Source of the DNA: Bacilli bacterium
GTDB taxonomy: Bacteria > Bacillota_I > Bacilli_A > RF39 > UBA660
NCBI GenBank assembly: GCA_045545595.1
Contig: JAZQBG010000003.1
Location: 91,462-155,461, forward strand
Length of the DNA stretch: 64,000 bases
Reading direction: 5' to 3'
Positions within the stretch are counted from its first letter, which is position 1, and the number at the start of each line of letters is the position of its first letter. Both the position numbers and the translations under genes were made by a program. The notes under the pieces are model-generated. The model saw only the letters and a list, made by a program, of their open reading frames with translations. It ran no database searches and was not told the origin of the DNA. Positions 1 to 9,993 of this stretch are shown here, piece after piece.

Positions 1-63
1 CATTCATTATTATCACCAGTAAATAATATGAATTTGAAAAGATTTTTATGAATAATACAAAAC

Positions 64-1155
64 TTATTTCTGATACTTGGATATATTAAGTAAAATTCCC
101 ATACCTATCATGGTTATAAGTAAACTACTACCACCATAACTTAAAAATGGTAATGTTACTCCTGTTACAGGAATTAATCCGACGACAACCATTAAATTTA
201 AAACAGCTTGAAAAGAAAGTTGAAAAATCATACCAAAAGCTAAATATTTTCCAAATAAATCATTGGAGTTTAGCGCTATTTTTATACCACGATAAATAAT
301 AGTTAAGAATAAACTACTAACTATTACAATACCTAAAAATCCCAATTCCTCACTAATAATAGAAAATATAAAATCTGTTTGAGGTTCTGGAAGATAAAAA
401 TGTTTTTGAATAGAATTACCTAATCCCATACCAAGTAAACCACCTGGACCTATTGCGTAAAGTGACTGAATGATTTGAAATCCAGCTCCTAAAGGATCTA
501 CCCAAGGATTAACAAATGATACAATACGTTGTAAACGATATGGTGCGACAACTATTAAAAGAATTGCGCCAATAAGACCTACTACTCCTATTTTCATAAA
601 AAATCCCATTTTTACACCACTTACAAATAACATACAAATAATTGTCATAACTAAAATAGTTCCAGTACCAAAATCTGGTTGCAACATAATAAATCCAAAG
701 GCAATTAACGTCATTCCTAAAATAGGAAAAACTCCCTTTTTAATATCACTAATATATTTATCATTTTTTTCTAAATATTTAGCTGTAAAAATAATAAGAG
801 CTAGTTTCATAAATTCACTAGGTTGAATACCAAAAGGACCAATACCAAACCAACTTCTAGAACCATTTCTTACAGTACCAATACCTGGTATTATAACTAG
901 GATTAGTAATACAAAACATACACCAAGTATAATATTTGCACGTGATTTATATTTTGTGTAATCGATTTTAGAAACTATTATCATTAGTACAACACCTATT
1001 ATTAAAAATAAAGATTGTGATTTTAAATATTTAAATGGATCATCAAATTTATATTCTGCCCAAACACTAGACGAAGAATATATCATTACTACCCCAAATA
1101 TAGATAGTATAATAACTGCTGCAAAAAGAATTAAATCAAAATTTATTTTCCTCAT
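64..1155 (-). CDS. SEDS-family peptidoglycan glycosyltransferase (FtsW/RodA/SpoVE family)
   Basis: 363 aa with about 10 TM segments. The C-terminal region has the family hallmark motifs around 'PEPQTDFIFS' and 'LPFLSYGGSS'. Confidence 0.85.
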   Translation of the reverse strand: MRKINFDLILFAAVIILSIFGVVMIYSSSSVWAEYKFDDPFKYLKSQSLFLIIGVVLMIIVSKIDYTKYKSRANIILGVCFVLLILVIIPGIGTVRNGSRSWFGIGPFGIQPSEFMKLALIIFTAKYLEKNDKYISDIKKGVFPILGMTLIAFGFIMLQPDFGTGTILVMTIICMLFVSGVKMGFFMKIGVVGLIGAILLIVVAPYRLQRIVSFVNPWVDPLGAGFQIIQSLYAIGPGGLLGMGLGNSIQKHFYLPEPQTDFIFSIISEELGFLGIVIVSSLFLTIIYRGIKIALNSNDLFGKYLAFGMIFQLSFQAVLNLMVVVGLIPVTGVTLPFLSYGGSSLLITMIGMGILLNISKYQK

Positions 1156-1230
1156 GTATTACACCTCATTTTCACATCTATATTAATTTATATGTGAACT
1201 TTTAAAGAAGTATTTAAAAAAAGATTTCAT

Positions 1231-2022
1231 TTAGACTTTGAAATCTTTTTTCTTCTCTTTAATACCCGAAATGTTGTCTTTGCTTGTTAATAATTCCTTA
1301 TCTCTTTGTAATAATTCTATTTTTTCTTCTCTTTTTAATTCTTTCTTTTTAACGCATTTATCTTCTTCAACAATGTTTTCTTGTTCCGTATCTTCTTTAA
1401 CAAAATCAGGAAGCCTCATATGAGAATCAGATTTATTTAATATTTTGGCATCAACATATTCAACAAAGGTTGCTGCCTCCATAGTTCCTGTTATTAAAAT
1501 TAATAGATTGACTATTTTTTCAAGTGGTAATTTTAATCCAGATGTTAATAATCCAAGAGATACAGTTGACATTAAAGCAATAGTTTTTTCCCTACCTGTT
1601 TGACTTACTTTTACTTTTTCTGCATCTACTACTAGTTTTTTTATATATTCTTTATTAAATATCTTTTTTAGTTCAACATCTTTCATAAAATCCTTAATAT
1701 TTACTATAGCTATACCAGACTCTAAAATAAACGGCGCTAACATTAATGGATTTATTGTAATACCATTTAATAATAATGCACTCATAACTAGCATTTTATC
1801 TGCTAGTGGATCAGTAACTTTACCGTATGTACTTTCTACATTCCAACGTCTAGCTAAAAAACCGTCTAATGCATCAGTCGCACACGCTGAACCAAATAAA
1901 ATAGTAGCAGGTAATAAGTTGCCAGTTAAAGTAAGAATCCAAAATGCTGGAACCGCACCAAGTCTTAATGTTGTTAAAATATTTGGTATATGTTTTTTAT
2001 ACTTATCAAAAAATCCTTTCAT
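1231..2022 (-). CDS. CDP-alcohol phosphatidyltransferase (PgsA-like) with long Lys/Glu-rich C-terminal tail
   Basis: The D-G-x2-A-R...G-x3-D-x3-D motif is present as 'DALDGFLARRW...GKVTDPLADK'. A C-terminal extension of about 70 aa is highly charged. Confidence 0.75.
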   Translation of the reverse strand: MKGFFDKYKKHIPNILTTLRLGAVPAFWILTLTGNLLPATILFGSACATDALDGFLARRWNVESTYGKVTDPLADKMLVMSALLLNGITINPLMLAPFILESGIAIVNIKDFMKDVELKKIFNKEYIKKLVVDAEKVKVSQTGREKTIALMSTVSLGLLTSGLKLPLEKIVNLLILITGTMEAATFVEYVDAKILNKSDSHMRLPDFVKEDTEQENIVEEDKCVKKKELKREEKIELLQRDKELLTSKDNISGIKEKKKDFKV

Positions 2023-2123
2023 GATGATTCCCCCTCTTATCCGACTATTATAATGTTTATTTGAAAATTTGTAAACAATTATATAAAGAATTAATGTATA
2101 ATATTATTGAAGTTGGTGAAATT

Positions 2124-2699
2124 ATGAAATATGAAATAAGTAATAATATTATTAATGAATATATAGTAAACAAATCTAGATTTATTTGTTTACTACAAAA
2201 AGTATATGATGTTAATGATATAAATAATATATTAAATGATATAAAAAAAGAATATAAAGGAGCAAATCATTATTGTTATGCATATATAATAAATAATATG
2301 GAAAAATGCAGTGATGATGGAGAACCTGGTGGAACAGCAGGATTACCAATTTTAAATGTTTTAAAGAAAAATAATTTAACTAACATATTATGTGTTGTTG
2401 TTAGATATTTCGGTGGAATTAAATTGGGTGCTGGTGGATTAGTTAGAGCATACTCTACATCTGTTAGTGAATCGTTAAAACTAGTTTCAATAAATGAGTA
2501 TGTTAAATTTGATACTATAGAAGTTATTACCAATTATGAAAACATTAAAGATTTAGAATATTTATTAAAAGATTATGATGTTATCGATAAAAAGTTTCTA
2601 GAAGATATTCATTTTATAGTTAAAATTCCAAGTGATAAATTAGACTCTATAGTTAGTAATTTAAGTAAAAAATATAATGTAAAACGAGAACAAAATTAA
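2124..2699 (+). CDS. IMPACT/YigZ family protein (UPF0029)
   Basis: The 'NKSRFI...GEPGGTAG...VVVRYFGGIKLGAGGLVRAY' pattern is typical of YigZ. The ORF opens at 2061, but the ATG at 2124 has a better Shine-Dalgarno (GGTGA). Confidence 0.7.
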   Translation: MKYEISNNIINEYIVNKSRFICLLQKVYDVNDINNILNDIKKEYKGANHYCYAYIINNMEKCSDDGEPGGTAGLPILNVLKKNNLTNILCVVVRYFGGIKLGAGGLVRAYSTSVSESLKLVSINEYVKFDTIEVITNYENIKDLEYLLKDYDVIDKKFLEDIHFIVKIPSDKLDSIVSNLSKKYNVKREQN

Positions 2700-2707
2700 G
2701 TTCTCGT

Positions 2708-3019
2708 TTATTTGTTTTTATTAATAAATTCTATCATATCTTCTTTTGGCATAAATCCAATGCTTTTATCTACTTCTTTTCCATCTTTAAATAATATTAA
2801 AGTTGGTATACTCATTACTCCATATTTTTGTGCGATATCACTATGTTCATCAACATTAACTTTTACTATTTGTACATCAGCTAACTCAGATGATACTTCT
2901 TCAACAATTGGTCCTATCATTTTACATGGTCCACACCACTCAGCATAAAAATCTACTAATGTTAGACCACTACTTATTATTTCATTAAATTTTTCATTTT
3001 CTAAATGTAATACACCCAT
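2708..3019 (-). CDS. trxA: thioredoxin
   Basis: 103 aa with the WCGPC active site. Confidence 0.9.
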   Translation of the reverse strand: MGVLHLENEKFNEIISSGLTLVDFYAEWCGPCKMIGPIVEEVSSELADVQIVKVNVDEHSDIAQKYGVMSIPTLILFKDGKEVDKSIGFMPKEDMIEFINKNK

Positions 3020-3028
3020 AACTATCTC

Positions 3029-3730
3029 CTATCTATATTTTTCTATAATACTTTCTGAACCTTCGATTTCTAATTTACCACTTTCTATTAATTTTTCAAC
3101 TGAATCAACATCAATAATTTCATGTTTAAGTAAAATATCTAATGATTTTCTACTGTATTCTTCCTTAGTTTCGTTATTATCCTTTAATTCATAAACACTT
3201 TGGAATGCGTCTAAAGTATTGCCTACTGTATTTGTTAAAATTGGAGTATTGTTAAGTATTTTATCAGTTACTTTTGAATCATTTACTATTCCAATATTAA
3301 ACATTGGTAAAGTTAAAAAGTACATTATTATAAATACATAAATATATGTTTCAATAAATCCTACAAAAATACCAATTATTTTAGAAGGAATTCCTAATAT
3401 TATTGTAAAATTTAAAGCTTTTTCTATTGTATTAGCAATATTACTTAATAATCCTACTCCTATTTGAAGTATTGCGAAAACTAAGAAAAATGCAACTACT
3501 TCATACAGTAAAATATTTAAAACTGTTATACCTTCAAACAATCCTCCAAAATTAAAGAATGGAAGATGTTCATACATAAATCCTGCAACTGGACGTCTTA
3601 AGATTGCTGCTAAAACTATAGCTAGTACTAATCCAACAAATGAAACACCAGTTTTTATTGCACCTCTTTTAAACCCTAATACTGCACCAAATGCTAGTGA
3701 TAATACTATAATTACGTCTACAACATTCAT
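3029..3730 (-). CDS. CvpA family membrane protein
   Basis: N-terminus 'VDVIIVLSLAFGAVLGFKRG' is CvpA-like; 4 TM segments plus a C-terminal soluble domain. Confidence 0.65.
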   Translation of the reverse strand: MNVVDVIIVLSLAFGAVLGFKRGAIKTGVSFVGLVLAIVLAAILRRPVAGFMYEHLPFFNFGGLFEGITVLNILLYEVVAFFLVFAILQIGVGLLSNIANTIEKALNFTIILGIPSKIIGIFVGFIETYIYVFIIMYFLTLPMFNIGIVNDSKVTDKILNNTPILTNTVGNTLDAFQSVYELKDNNETKEEYSRKSLDILLKHEIIDVDSVEKLIESGKLEIEGSESIIEKYR

Positions 3731-3825
3731 ATTACCTCTCCTTTACACCATTTATAGTATTAGTATATTATATTTCTAAGAAAAAATAAAGAAAATGTGA
3801 TAAAATATTTTTAGGAGCTGATATT

Positions 3826-4908
3826 ATGGCAAAAGCTAAACAAAAAACTATAGTATTAAAAGTTAGTGATGAAATTAAAAAAGAAATGATTAATCATTAT
3901 GCATTTATGAGAAGAGAAAAAACTCCACCTTACGCTGTTTTTCAAGCACAGGATGCAGATACAATAATTACACTTTATGAATCTGGTAAAGCAATGTTTC
4001 AAGGAATAAGTGCGGATATAGATGCAAATATATGGAAACAAAGAGAAGCTTTTTTACACCCTGAATTAACTATTGAAGAAAAACCAGTTGTTAAAAAGGA
4101 AGTTACAAAAACTGGTGAAGTTTGTCCTAAGTGTGGACATGATATGGTTGTAAGAACTAGTAAGTATGGCGAATTTGAAGCTTGTAGTAATTATCCTAAA
4201 TGTAAATATATTAAAGGTCAAGAAAATAAGAAACCAAAAACTGTTGATAATACAGATTATCATAATGTATGCTCAATTGGATCTGATGAAGTTGGTACTG
4301 GTGACTTTTTTGGACCACTAGTAGTTACTGCTGCATATGTAACTATGGATGATATTAAATTTTTAGAAGATTTAGGTGTTAAAGATTCTAAAAAAATGAG
4401 TGATGAAACTATTCTTAAAGTTGTTCCAAAAATTAAAGAAAGAATTCAATATGAAACTAAGATACTTAGTAACGAACAATATAATTTAATGTATTCAGAA
4501 AAAATAAATATGAATACTTTTAAAGCATTAATGCATAATGAAGTATTATATAAGTTAGAACAAAAACATAAAGATTATGATTATATTATTGTAGATCAAT
4601 TTGTTAATCCTAAAAAATATTATGAATATTTGAAAGATGAAGAAAATGTTGTTAAAAATATTACATTTATGACTAAAGCTGAAGATAAGAATTTAGCAGT
4701 TGCTTGCGGATCATTAATAAGTAGATATACATTTCTTTTAGAACTTGATAAGTTAGGTGAAAAATATGATATGTTTTTACCTAAAGGTGCTTCTAATTTA
4801 GTTGATGAATTTGGAGTTAATTTTGTAAAGAAGTATGGATTTGATGAACTTAAAAAAGTTTGTAAAATGAATTTTAAAAATGTAAATAAAATAAAAGAAA
4901 ACATATAA
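3826..4908 (+). CDS. rnhC: ribonuclease HIII with inserted topoisomerase-type C4 zinc ribbon
   Basis: Catalytic 'CSIGSDEVGTGDFFGPL' (DEDD RNase HII/HIII fold). There is an N-terminal TBP-like domain. A 'CPKCGHDMVVRT...CSNYPKCKY' zinc ribbon lies between the two domains. Confidence 0.75.
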   Translation: MAKAKQKTIVLKVSDEIKKEMINHYAFMRREKTPPYAVFQAQDADTIITLYESGKAMFQGISADIDANIWKQREAFLHPELTIEEKPVVKKEVTKTGEVCPKCGHDMVVRTSKYGEFEACSNYPKCKYIKGQENKKPKTVDNTDYHNVCSIGSDEVGTGDFFGPLVVTAAYVTMDDIKFLEDLGVKDSKKMSDETILKVVPKIKERIQYETKILSNEQYNLMYSEKINMNTFKALMHNEVLYKLEQKHKDYDYIIVDQFVNPKKYYEYLKDEENVVKNITFMTKAEDKNLAVACGSLISRYTFLLELDKLGEKYDMFLPKGASNLVDEFGVNFVKKYGFDELKKVCKMNFKNVNKIKENI

Positions 4909-4936
4909 AAGATGCTAGTCAAATGACTAACATCTT

Positions 4937-5719
4937 TTATCTATTTAATAAATCATATATTTTCGCACTTACTACATGAGATGTTGGAGCTCTATAAATA
5001 AAGCTTGGTTTATCAGTTTCGATAGCTTCTATAATTTTATCTGTAATAGTGTTTAGTTTTTCTTTTTCCATTAATTCAAACATTAACTTCTCTTTAGCTT
5101 TAATTTTAGGAATTTGTTTTTTAAAATATGATGATTCTTGCATCCAATCATATTTGTTTTCTGCCATAAGTTGATTGAATCCTGTATGATATAATCCTGG
5201 TTCAATTAAAATTATATCAATATTATTACTAATTAACTTCATTTCATTTTTTAAAGTAGTCGCAAGTGTGTTTATTGCAGATTTAGTAGAACAGTATACT
5301 CCCATAAAACTAAAAGGCATAACTCCAGCTAAAGAACCCATAATTATAATTCTACCCTTATCTTTTTTTATCATATTTTTAAGTACTACTTGTATAAGTT
5401 CAAATGTTCCAAATACATTAACATTAAAATTTTCTCTAACATATTCAAAAGGTATTTCAGCAATAGAACCTCCATAACAAACTGCTGCATTACTAACTAA
5501 TACATCGATATCTAGTTCTTCTACTTTTTTTCTGTCTTTAGGATCAGTTATATCAAGTTTAAAACATTTGACGTTTTTAATATCCTTATACTCTTTTTCA
5601 ATACTTCTAAGTTGTTCATCAGTTCTAACTGTTAAAAATATTGTGTAATCCTTTTTTAATAAGTCATCAATAGTAGATTTTGCTATCCCACTACGTGCGC
5701 CTGTAAATAAAATGTTCAT
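4937..5719 (-). CDS. short-chain dehydrogenase/reductase (SDR)
   Basis: N-terminal 'FTGARSGIAK' Rossmann motif and a 'YCSTK' YxxxK catalytic motif. Confidence 0.8.
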   Translation of the reverse strand: MNILFTGARSGIAKSTIDDLLKKDYTIFLTVRTDEQLRSIEKEYKDIKNVKCFKLDITDPKDRKKVEELDIDVLVSNAAVCYGGSIAEIPFEYVRENFNVNVFGTFELIQVVLKNMIKKDKGRIIIMGSLAGVMPFSFMGVYCSTKSAINTLATTLKNEMKLISNNIDIILIEPGLYHTGFNQLMAENKYDWMQESSYFKKQIPKIKAKEKLMFELMEKEKLNTITDKIIEAIETDKPSFIYRAPTSHVVSAKIYDLLNR

Positions 5720-5752
5720 AATATCACCATTAATATTATGGACATTTTTTAA

Positions 5753-6472
5753 TTATTTATTATGACGAATTTCTACTTTTTTTAACCAACCTTTTTTGTA
5801 TTTTAAAGATATAAACCCTATCATTGATATGATAAACGCACCAAGACCATCTACTATTAAATCTTTCATGGTATCCTTTAATGCAATTCTACCAATTAAA
5901 TCAGTTCCATCTTCAAGTGCAAATTTTTGCATATTTAATCCTAATATTCCATCAAAAGTAAATTCATATATTTCCCAAACTACGCCTAAGGTTATTGAAA
6001 AACATAATGCGAAAAATGCAACAAATGCTGGGCTTAAATTTAATCGCCATCTCTTATTTTTATTCATTATTGTTACTACAGAAAAACCAAGTGCTCCTAA
6101 CATCGCACCACTAAATGTGTGTAATATTGTGTCCCAATGTGGAAAAGTATAATAAAAGTTTCTAACTTCTCCTAAAAATATTGCGCAATATAAGAAGATA
6201 ACATACAATATTTCCATACTACTTGGTATTTCAAATTTCCATTTTTTCTCCAATATACTTGGAAGAAAAATTGCCGCTATTCCTAATAAACATTGAATCA
6301 ACATTAAAACATAATCACTTTTAGTTTTTATTATTTCACTACTAATATTTTTATTTGGTGAAACTACTATCATTATTATAACAAATATTGTTGATAGCAA
6401 TAATGCTGCTAAGACAAATCCAGTTAAAATTTTATCCCAATTTGTTATTTTTTTCTTTTTTGATTTTTTCAT
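5753..6472 (-). CDS. polytopic membrane protein of unknown function
   Basis: About 6 TM segments. Probable start is M30 ('MKKSKKKK', 'cat' at 6470-6472) with an AAGGAAG RBS; the ORF extends to 6559. Confidence 0.45.
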   Translation of the reverse strand: MKKSKKKKITNWDKILTGFVLAALLLSTIFVIIMIVVSPNKNISSEIIKTKSDYVLMLIQCLLGIAAIFLPSILEKKWKFEIPSSMEILYVIFLYCAIFLGEVRNFYYTFPHWDTILHTFSGAMLGALGFSVVTIMNKNKRWRLNLSPAFVAFFALCFSITLGVVWEIYEFTFDGILGLNMQKFALEDGTDLIGRIALKDTMKDLIVDGLGAFIISMIGFISLKYKKGWLKKVEIRHNK

Positions 6473-6604
6473 ACTACACTTCCTTATAGTTATTTTATCA
6501 TATTTGATAAATAGTGTGCATATAATTACTATAACAAATTTAATAATTAGAATTGACATTAAAAAAAAAATATCGTATAATTTAAACTGTTATTGAGAAA
6601 ACGC

Positions 6605-6688
6605 GCGAGTATGGCGGAATTGGCAGACGCGCTAGACTTAGAATCTAGTGTCTATGACGTGCAGGTTCAAGTCCTGTTACTCGCACCA
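6605..6688 (+). tRNA. tRNA-Leu (anticodon UAG), class II with long variable arm, CCA encoded
   Basis: Acceptor GCGAGTA/TACTCGC; D-arm TGGCGGAATTGGCAGACGCGC; anticodon loop CTTAGAA; T-arm GCAGGTTCAAGTCCTGT. Confidence 0.9.
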
Positions 6689-6692
6689 AACT

Positions 6693-6769
6693 GTCCTGGT
6701 AGCTCAGTTGGATAGAGCAATCGCCTTCTAAGCGATCGGTCAGGGGTTCGAATCCCTTCCAGGACACCA
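6693..6769 (+). tRNA. tRNA-Arg (anticodon UCU), CCA encoded
   Basis: Acceptor GTCCTGG/CCAGGAC; D-arm GCTCAGTTGGATAGAGC; anticodon loop CTTCTAA; T-arm AGGGGTTCGAATCCCTT. Confidence 0.9.
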
Positions 6770-6776
6770 CTGAGAA

Positions 6777-6806
6777 TTAAAACGACTTGTCAAAAAGTCG
6801 TTTTTA
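6777..6806 (+). terminator. rho-independent terminator after the tRNA pair
   Basis: AAAACGACTTgtcaaAAAGTCGTTTTTAT hairpin followed by a T-run. Confidence 0.7.
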
Positions 6807-6872
6807 TGTTATTATGAATATGTCAAGGGAACTTGTATAAAAATATAGCGTGAATTAAACGCTATATTTTTT

Positions 6873-7847
6873 TTATTCTTCATTAAAAACAGTTTTTTCT
6901 ATTTCTTCATTATCAACATAAAATACTATTTCATCTATATCAAAATTATCCTTTATAGATAAAGATATAGTATATTTAACTTCTTCTAATATATTCATTT
7001 TATCTATATCATCTATTAGATAATTATTAAATTCTAATTTCATCTGTTTATCTTTTATTTCATAATTTAATAGTTCAGTATTAGAATTTAGAAAACTCAT
7101 TAAATTATTTTCATAAGTAGGATTTCCTGCTAATTCCTCAATTATAACTTTAACTTTATCATCAGTGTTATTTGTATATTTAGTTACTGGTACATAGTAG
7201 TAATTATCATTATACTTGTTTATATAATAAACAGTTACTGGCTCTACATCTTTTAAACTAGTTATATTAAAAACTTTATTAATACCAAAACTTCTATCTA
7301 GTATCGTTGGTAAGAATTTTTTACTCTTTGGTAATTCTGTTAATAAGGTTCCATCTACATAAATTAATACTCCTTTTACCTCTTTAATACTTGTCAAAGT
7401 GTAACAAATTGACTCTATCATTTTTTCTTCATAATCTTCATTTATATCTAAGAATTCTTTTGAAAAATCAATTTTTAAAGTTCCATCTTCAAATATTACA
7501 CTTAAAATTTTAGTATCAACAGGAATTATAGCTTTAAATCCATTAGGTATCAAACTTTCTTTAGTACCACCTATTATCATTGCTTCAATTAATTCTTGTG
7601 CTTTTGATTCTATATTTTTATCTTCAGTATTAACATAAGAAATTGTAGTTCTAGCAATATAATTATTTTTATCTAAAAGATAGATTTCATGCATATTAGT
7701 AGTATCTAAGTTAACATATTGCTCGGTTTGTGGCACCTCTAAATCCTTTGTATTATCTGGCAATAAATACATTAACATCAGTACAAATAATGTGAATGTT
7801 GCTAAAGTAATTTTTCTAATAGAAATTCTTTTTAACATAAATTCCAC
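6873..7847 (-). CDS. membrane-anchored protein, possible GerM-like sporulation/germination protein
   Basis: N-terminal signal anchor and two similar roughly 130-aa halves. It sits next to a gerE-like gene. Assignment is by context only. Confidence 0.3.
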   Translation of the reverse strand: MEFMLKRISIRKITLATFTLFVLMLMYLLPDNTKDLEVPQTEQYVNLDTTNMHEIYLLDKNNYIARTTISYVNTEDKNIESKAQELIEAMIIGGTKESLIPNGFKAIIPVDTKILSVIFEDGTLKIDFSKEFLDINEDYEEKMIESICYTLTSIKEVKGVLIYVDGTLLTELPKSKKFLPTILDRSFGINKVFNITSLKDVEPVTVYYINKYNDNYYYVPVTKYTNNTDDKVKVIIEELAGNPTYENNLMSFLNSNTELLNYEIKDKQMKLEFNNYLIDDIDKMNILEEVKYTISLSIKDNFDIDEIVFYVDNEEIEKTVFNEE

Positions 7848-7905
7848 CTCTAATTAATGATATGTGAGTTTAATAAAAAAAGTCGTTTTTTTTACGACTT
7901 TTATT

Positions 7906-8133
7906 TTATATTGATAATTCTCCTAATTTTAAAAGTTCTACTACTGCTTGTGCTCTACCCTTAACTCCAAGCTTTTGCATTGCATTAGATATATGGTTTC
8001 TAACTGTTTTTTCACTAATATCTAATTCACTAGCGATTTCTTTTGTACTTTTATTTTTTATAAGTAACTCAAATACCTCTTTTTCTCTTTTAGTCATTAT
8101 TTCCTTACTCATTGTTTCCCTCACTTTCCTCAC
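7906..8133 (-). CDS. gerE: GerE/LuxR-family HTH transcription regulator
   Basis: 75 aa with 'TKREKEVFELL...KSTKEIASELDISEKTVRNHISNAMQKLGV', essentially a LuxR C-terminal HTH alone, as in GerE. Confidence 0.8.
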   Translation of the reverse strand: MRKVRETMSKEIMTKREKEVFELLIKNKSTKEIASELDISEKTVRNHISNAMQKLGVKGRAQAVVELLKLGELSI

Positions 8134-8222
8134 AATAGAGGTGGTTTATATTTTCATTCATAATATTGTATGTTTATTTTTAGTTTTAGTGAGGGACAAA
8201 AACACAAAAAAACTAACCTTAG

Positions 8223-8753
8223 TTAGTTTTGAAATTTTACAGATATATACATCTTTGTATCGAAATCTTCTTGGATACTTCTCATAATATTATTTGCTAA
8301 TTCTGTAGTATGTTCACTACCAGAGACTACTACTCTTACTTGATTGTTATCATCGATTTTTACAAAAGAATCTAATTTGAAATTTTCTTTAATCTTTTTT
8401 TCTAACAATTGTTCTTTTCCTTTTAATGAATTCAAATCTTTTAATTTTTCAAATGCATTATTTTTATCTTCTGTACTTGCCTCTTTATTATTTAATGTTT
8501 CATTAAGTGAATTAATTTCTTCTGTTCTTTCTTCTTCAGCTTCTACTCTTAATGCGGTTAATAATTCACTTTCTTTTATTACTGCCTTTTCTTCACTAGT
8601 CTCACTAGTTGTTTCTTCAGTTTGATTTGAATTATTAGTTAATAAAAGTTCATTCGGCATTGTAATATAATATACACTTAGTACAAGAATTAAACTGAAC
8701 AATGTTAAAAACCATATACTTTGCTTATTAATCATATATATCCCTCGCTTCAA
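8223..8753 (-). CDS. membrane-anchored protein with acidic coiled-coil linker (possible SpoIIIAH/YscJ-like)
   Basis: N-terminal TM segment, Glu-rich linker, and a C-terminal beta-rich domain with 'VRVVVSGSEH'. Confidence 0.35.
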   Translation of the reverse strand: MKRGIYMINKQSIWFLTLFSLILVLSVYYITMPNELLLTNNSNQTEETTSETSEEKAVIKESELLTALRVEAEEERTEEINSLNETLNNKEASTEDKNNAFEKLKDLNSLKGKEQLLEKKIKENFKLDSFVKIDDNNQVRVVVSGSEHTTELANNIMRSIQEDFDTKMYISVKFQN

Positions 8754-8799
8754 TAAATTATATTATGATTAATAACAAATATTCCAAATTAAATTAATT

Positions 8800-9663
8800 T
8801 TACATAAATGGTATAAAATGATAGAAATAATCTAGTACAAGTACTCCTATTGCGATAATAATTAATACCAATATAGTAATTAATATTTTTATTAAAACAT
8901 TATTTGATTTAACGTTTTCATTTAAATCTGATAATCCTTCAAAATCTCTCTTTGAAAATGTAAATGAGTCAGAATAAAAACTTTCTTCTTCATCATCTTC
9001 CTGTTTTTTTGTTTCAACTTTAATTTCATCTTTTACGTCCTTTTGAGGAGGTACTATATCAGAATTATTAGATATATCAGCAAGTGGTAATGCACTAGTA
9101 GCATGTAAATCTGATAGTAATCCTAATGGATCATTATCTTCCTCTTCATTAACTATTTTATTGCTAACTTTATTATTTTTATTAGTAATAGAATTAATTA
9201 AATCTTTTAAATCTTCTTTTTGTTGTTCTAAATCATCAGTTGCTTTTTCTTTTTTACTTTTAATATCTAAATTACTTAAAATATCATATTGGGTATTTCT
9301 TAATTTTCTCATTTTATCTTTTTCATCTAATGTATCTTTTTCATCTTTAACTTTTTGCAATAAAGCATTTATATCATAATTTTTTTCTTCGTAACTTTCT
9401 TCTTCAACTTCTATATCATCATAGTCAAATTTTTTATCATTTAACATATTTCTATATGATTTAGTACGCTGATAATCTTCTCTACTTTGAATTATACTTT
9501 TTAATTTAGTAATATCAATTTCATTATTTGTATCTATGACTGTTTCGTTTGAAGAATACACACTATAATCTGTTTTTCTATACAAATTTTCATTTTTAGC
9601 TGCTCTACCTACAAACTCATCATTTTGATTATAGTATTTTTCCATTCTACTCTTCATAAACAA
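8800..9663 (-). CDS. hypothetical acidic protein with C-terminal TM anchor
   Basis: Complete ORF with a C-terminal hydrophobic segment 'VLIKILITILVLIIIAIGVLVL'. Confidence 0.4.
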   Translation of the reverse strand: MFMKSRMEKYYNQNDEFVGRAAKNENLYRKTDYSVYSSNETVIDTNNEIDITKLKSIIQSREDYQRTKSYRNMLNDKKFDYDDIEVEEESYEEKNYDINALLQKVKDEKDTLDEKDKMRKLRNTQYDILSNLDIKSKKEKATDDLEQQKEDLKDLINSITNKNNKVSNKIVNEEEDNDPLGLLSDLHATSALPLADISNNSDIVPPQKDVKDEIKVETKKQEDDEEESFYSDSFTFSKRDFEGLSDLNENVKSNNVLIKILITILVLIIIAIGVLVLDYFYHFIPFM

Positions 9664-9778
9664 TCACCCTCGACTTTTACTATATATACCAAAATAATAA
9701 CATATTTTCGACAAAAATAAAACATATAATACTTTTTTTGTTGCTTTTTTCTCTATTAATTTATATAATTTAAAAGAG

Positions 9779-9976
9779 GTGAATATAATGGTAAAGGTAA
9801 ATAAAGATACTTGTATTGGTTGTGGAGCATGTCAAGCATTAGTTAGTGATGTGTTTGATATTGATGATGATGGATTAGCATATGTAATGGATGATGCTAA
9901 AGTAGAAGAAAACATTGATGAAGTTAAGGAAGCAGCTGATAATTGCCCTACTGGTGCGATAGTTGTTGATGAATAA
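9779..9976 (+). CDS. 4Fe-4S ferredoxin (single-cluster)
   Basis: 65 aa; CIGCGAC...C...NCP cysteine pattern. Confidence 0.85.
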   Translation: MNIMVKVNKDTCIGCGACQALVSDVFDIDDDGLAYVMDDAKVEENIDEVKEAADNCPTGAIVVDE

Positions 9977-9993
9977 AAAATAAGCGATTGCGC

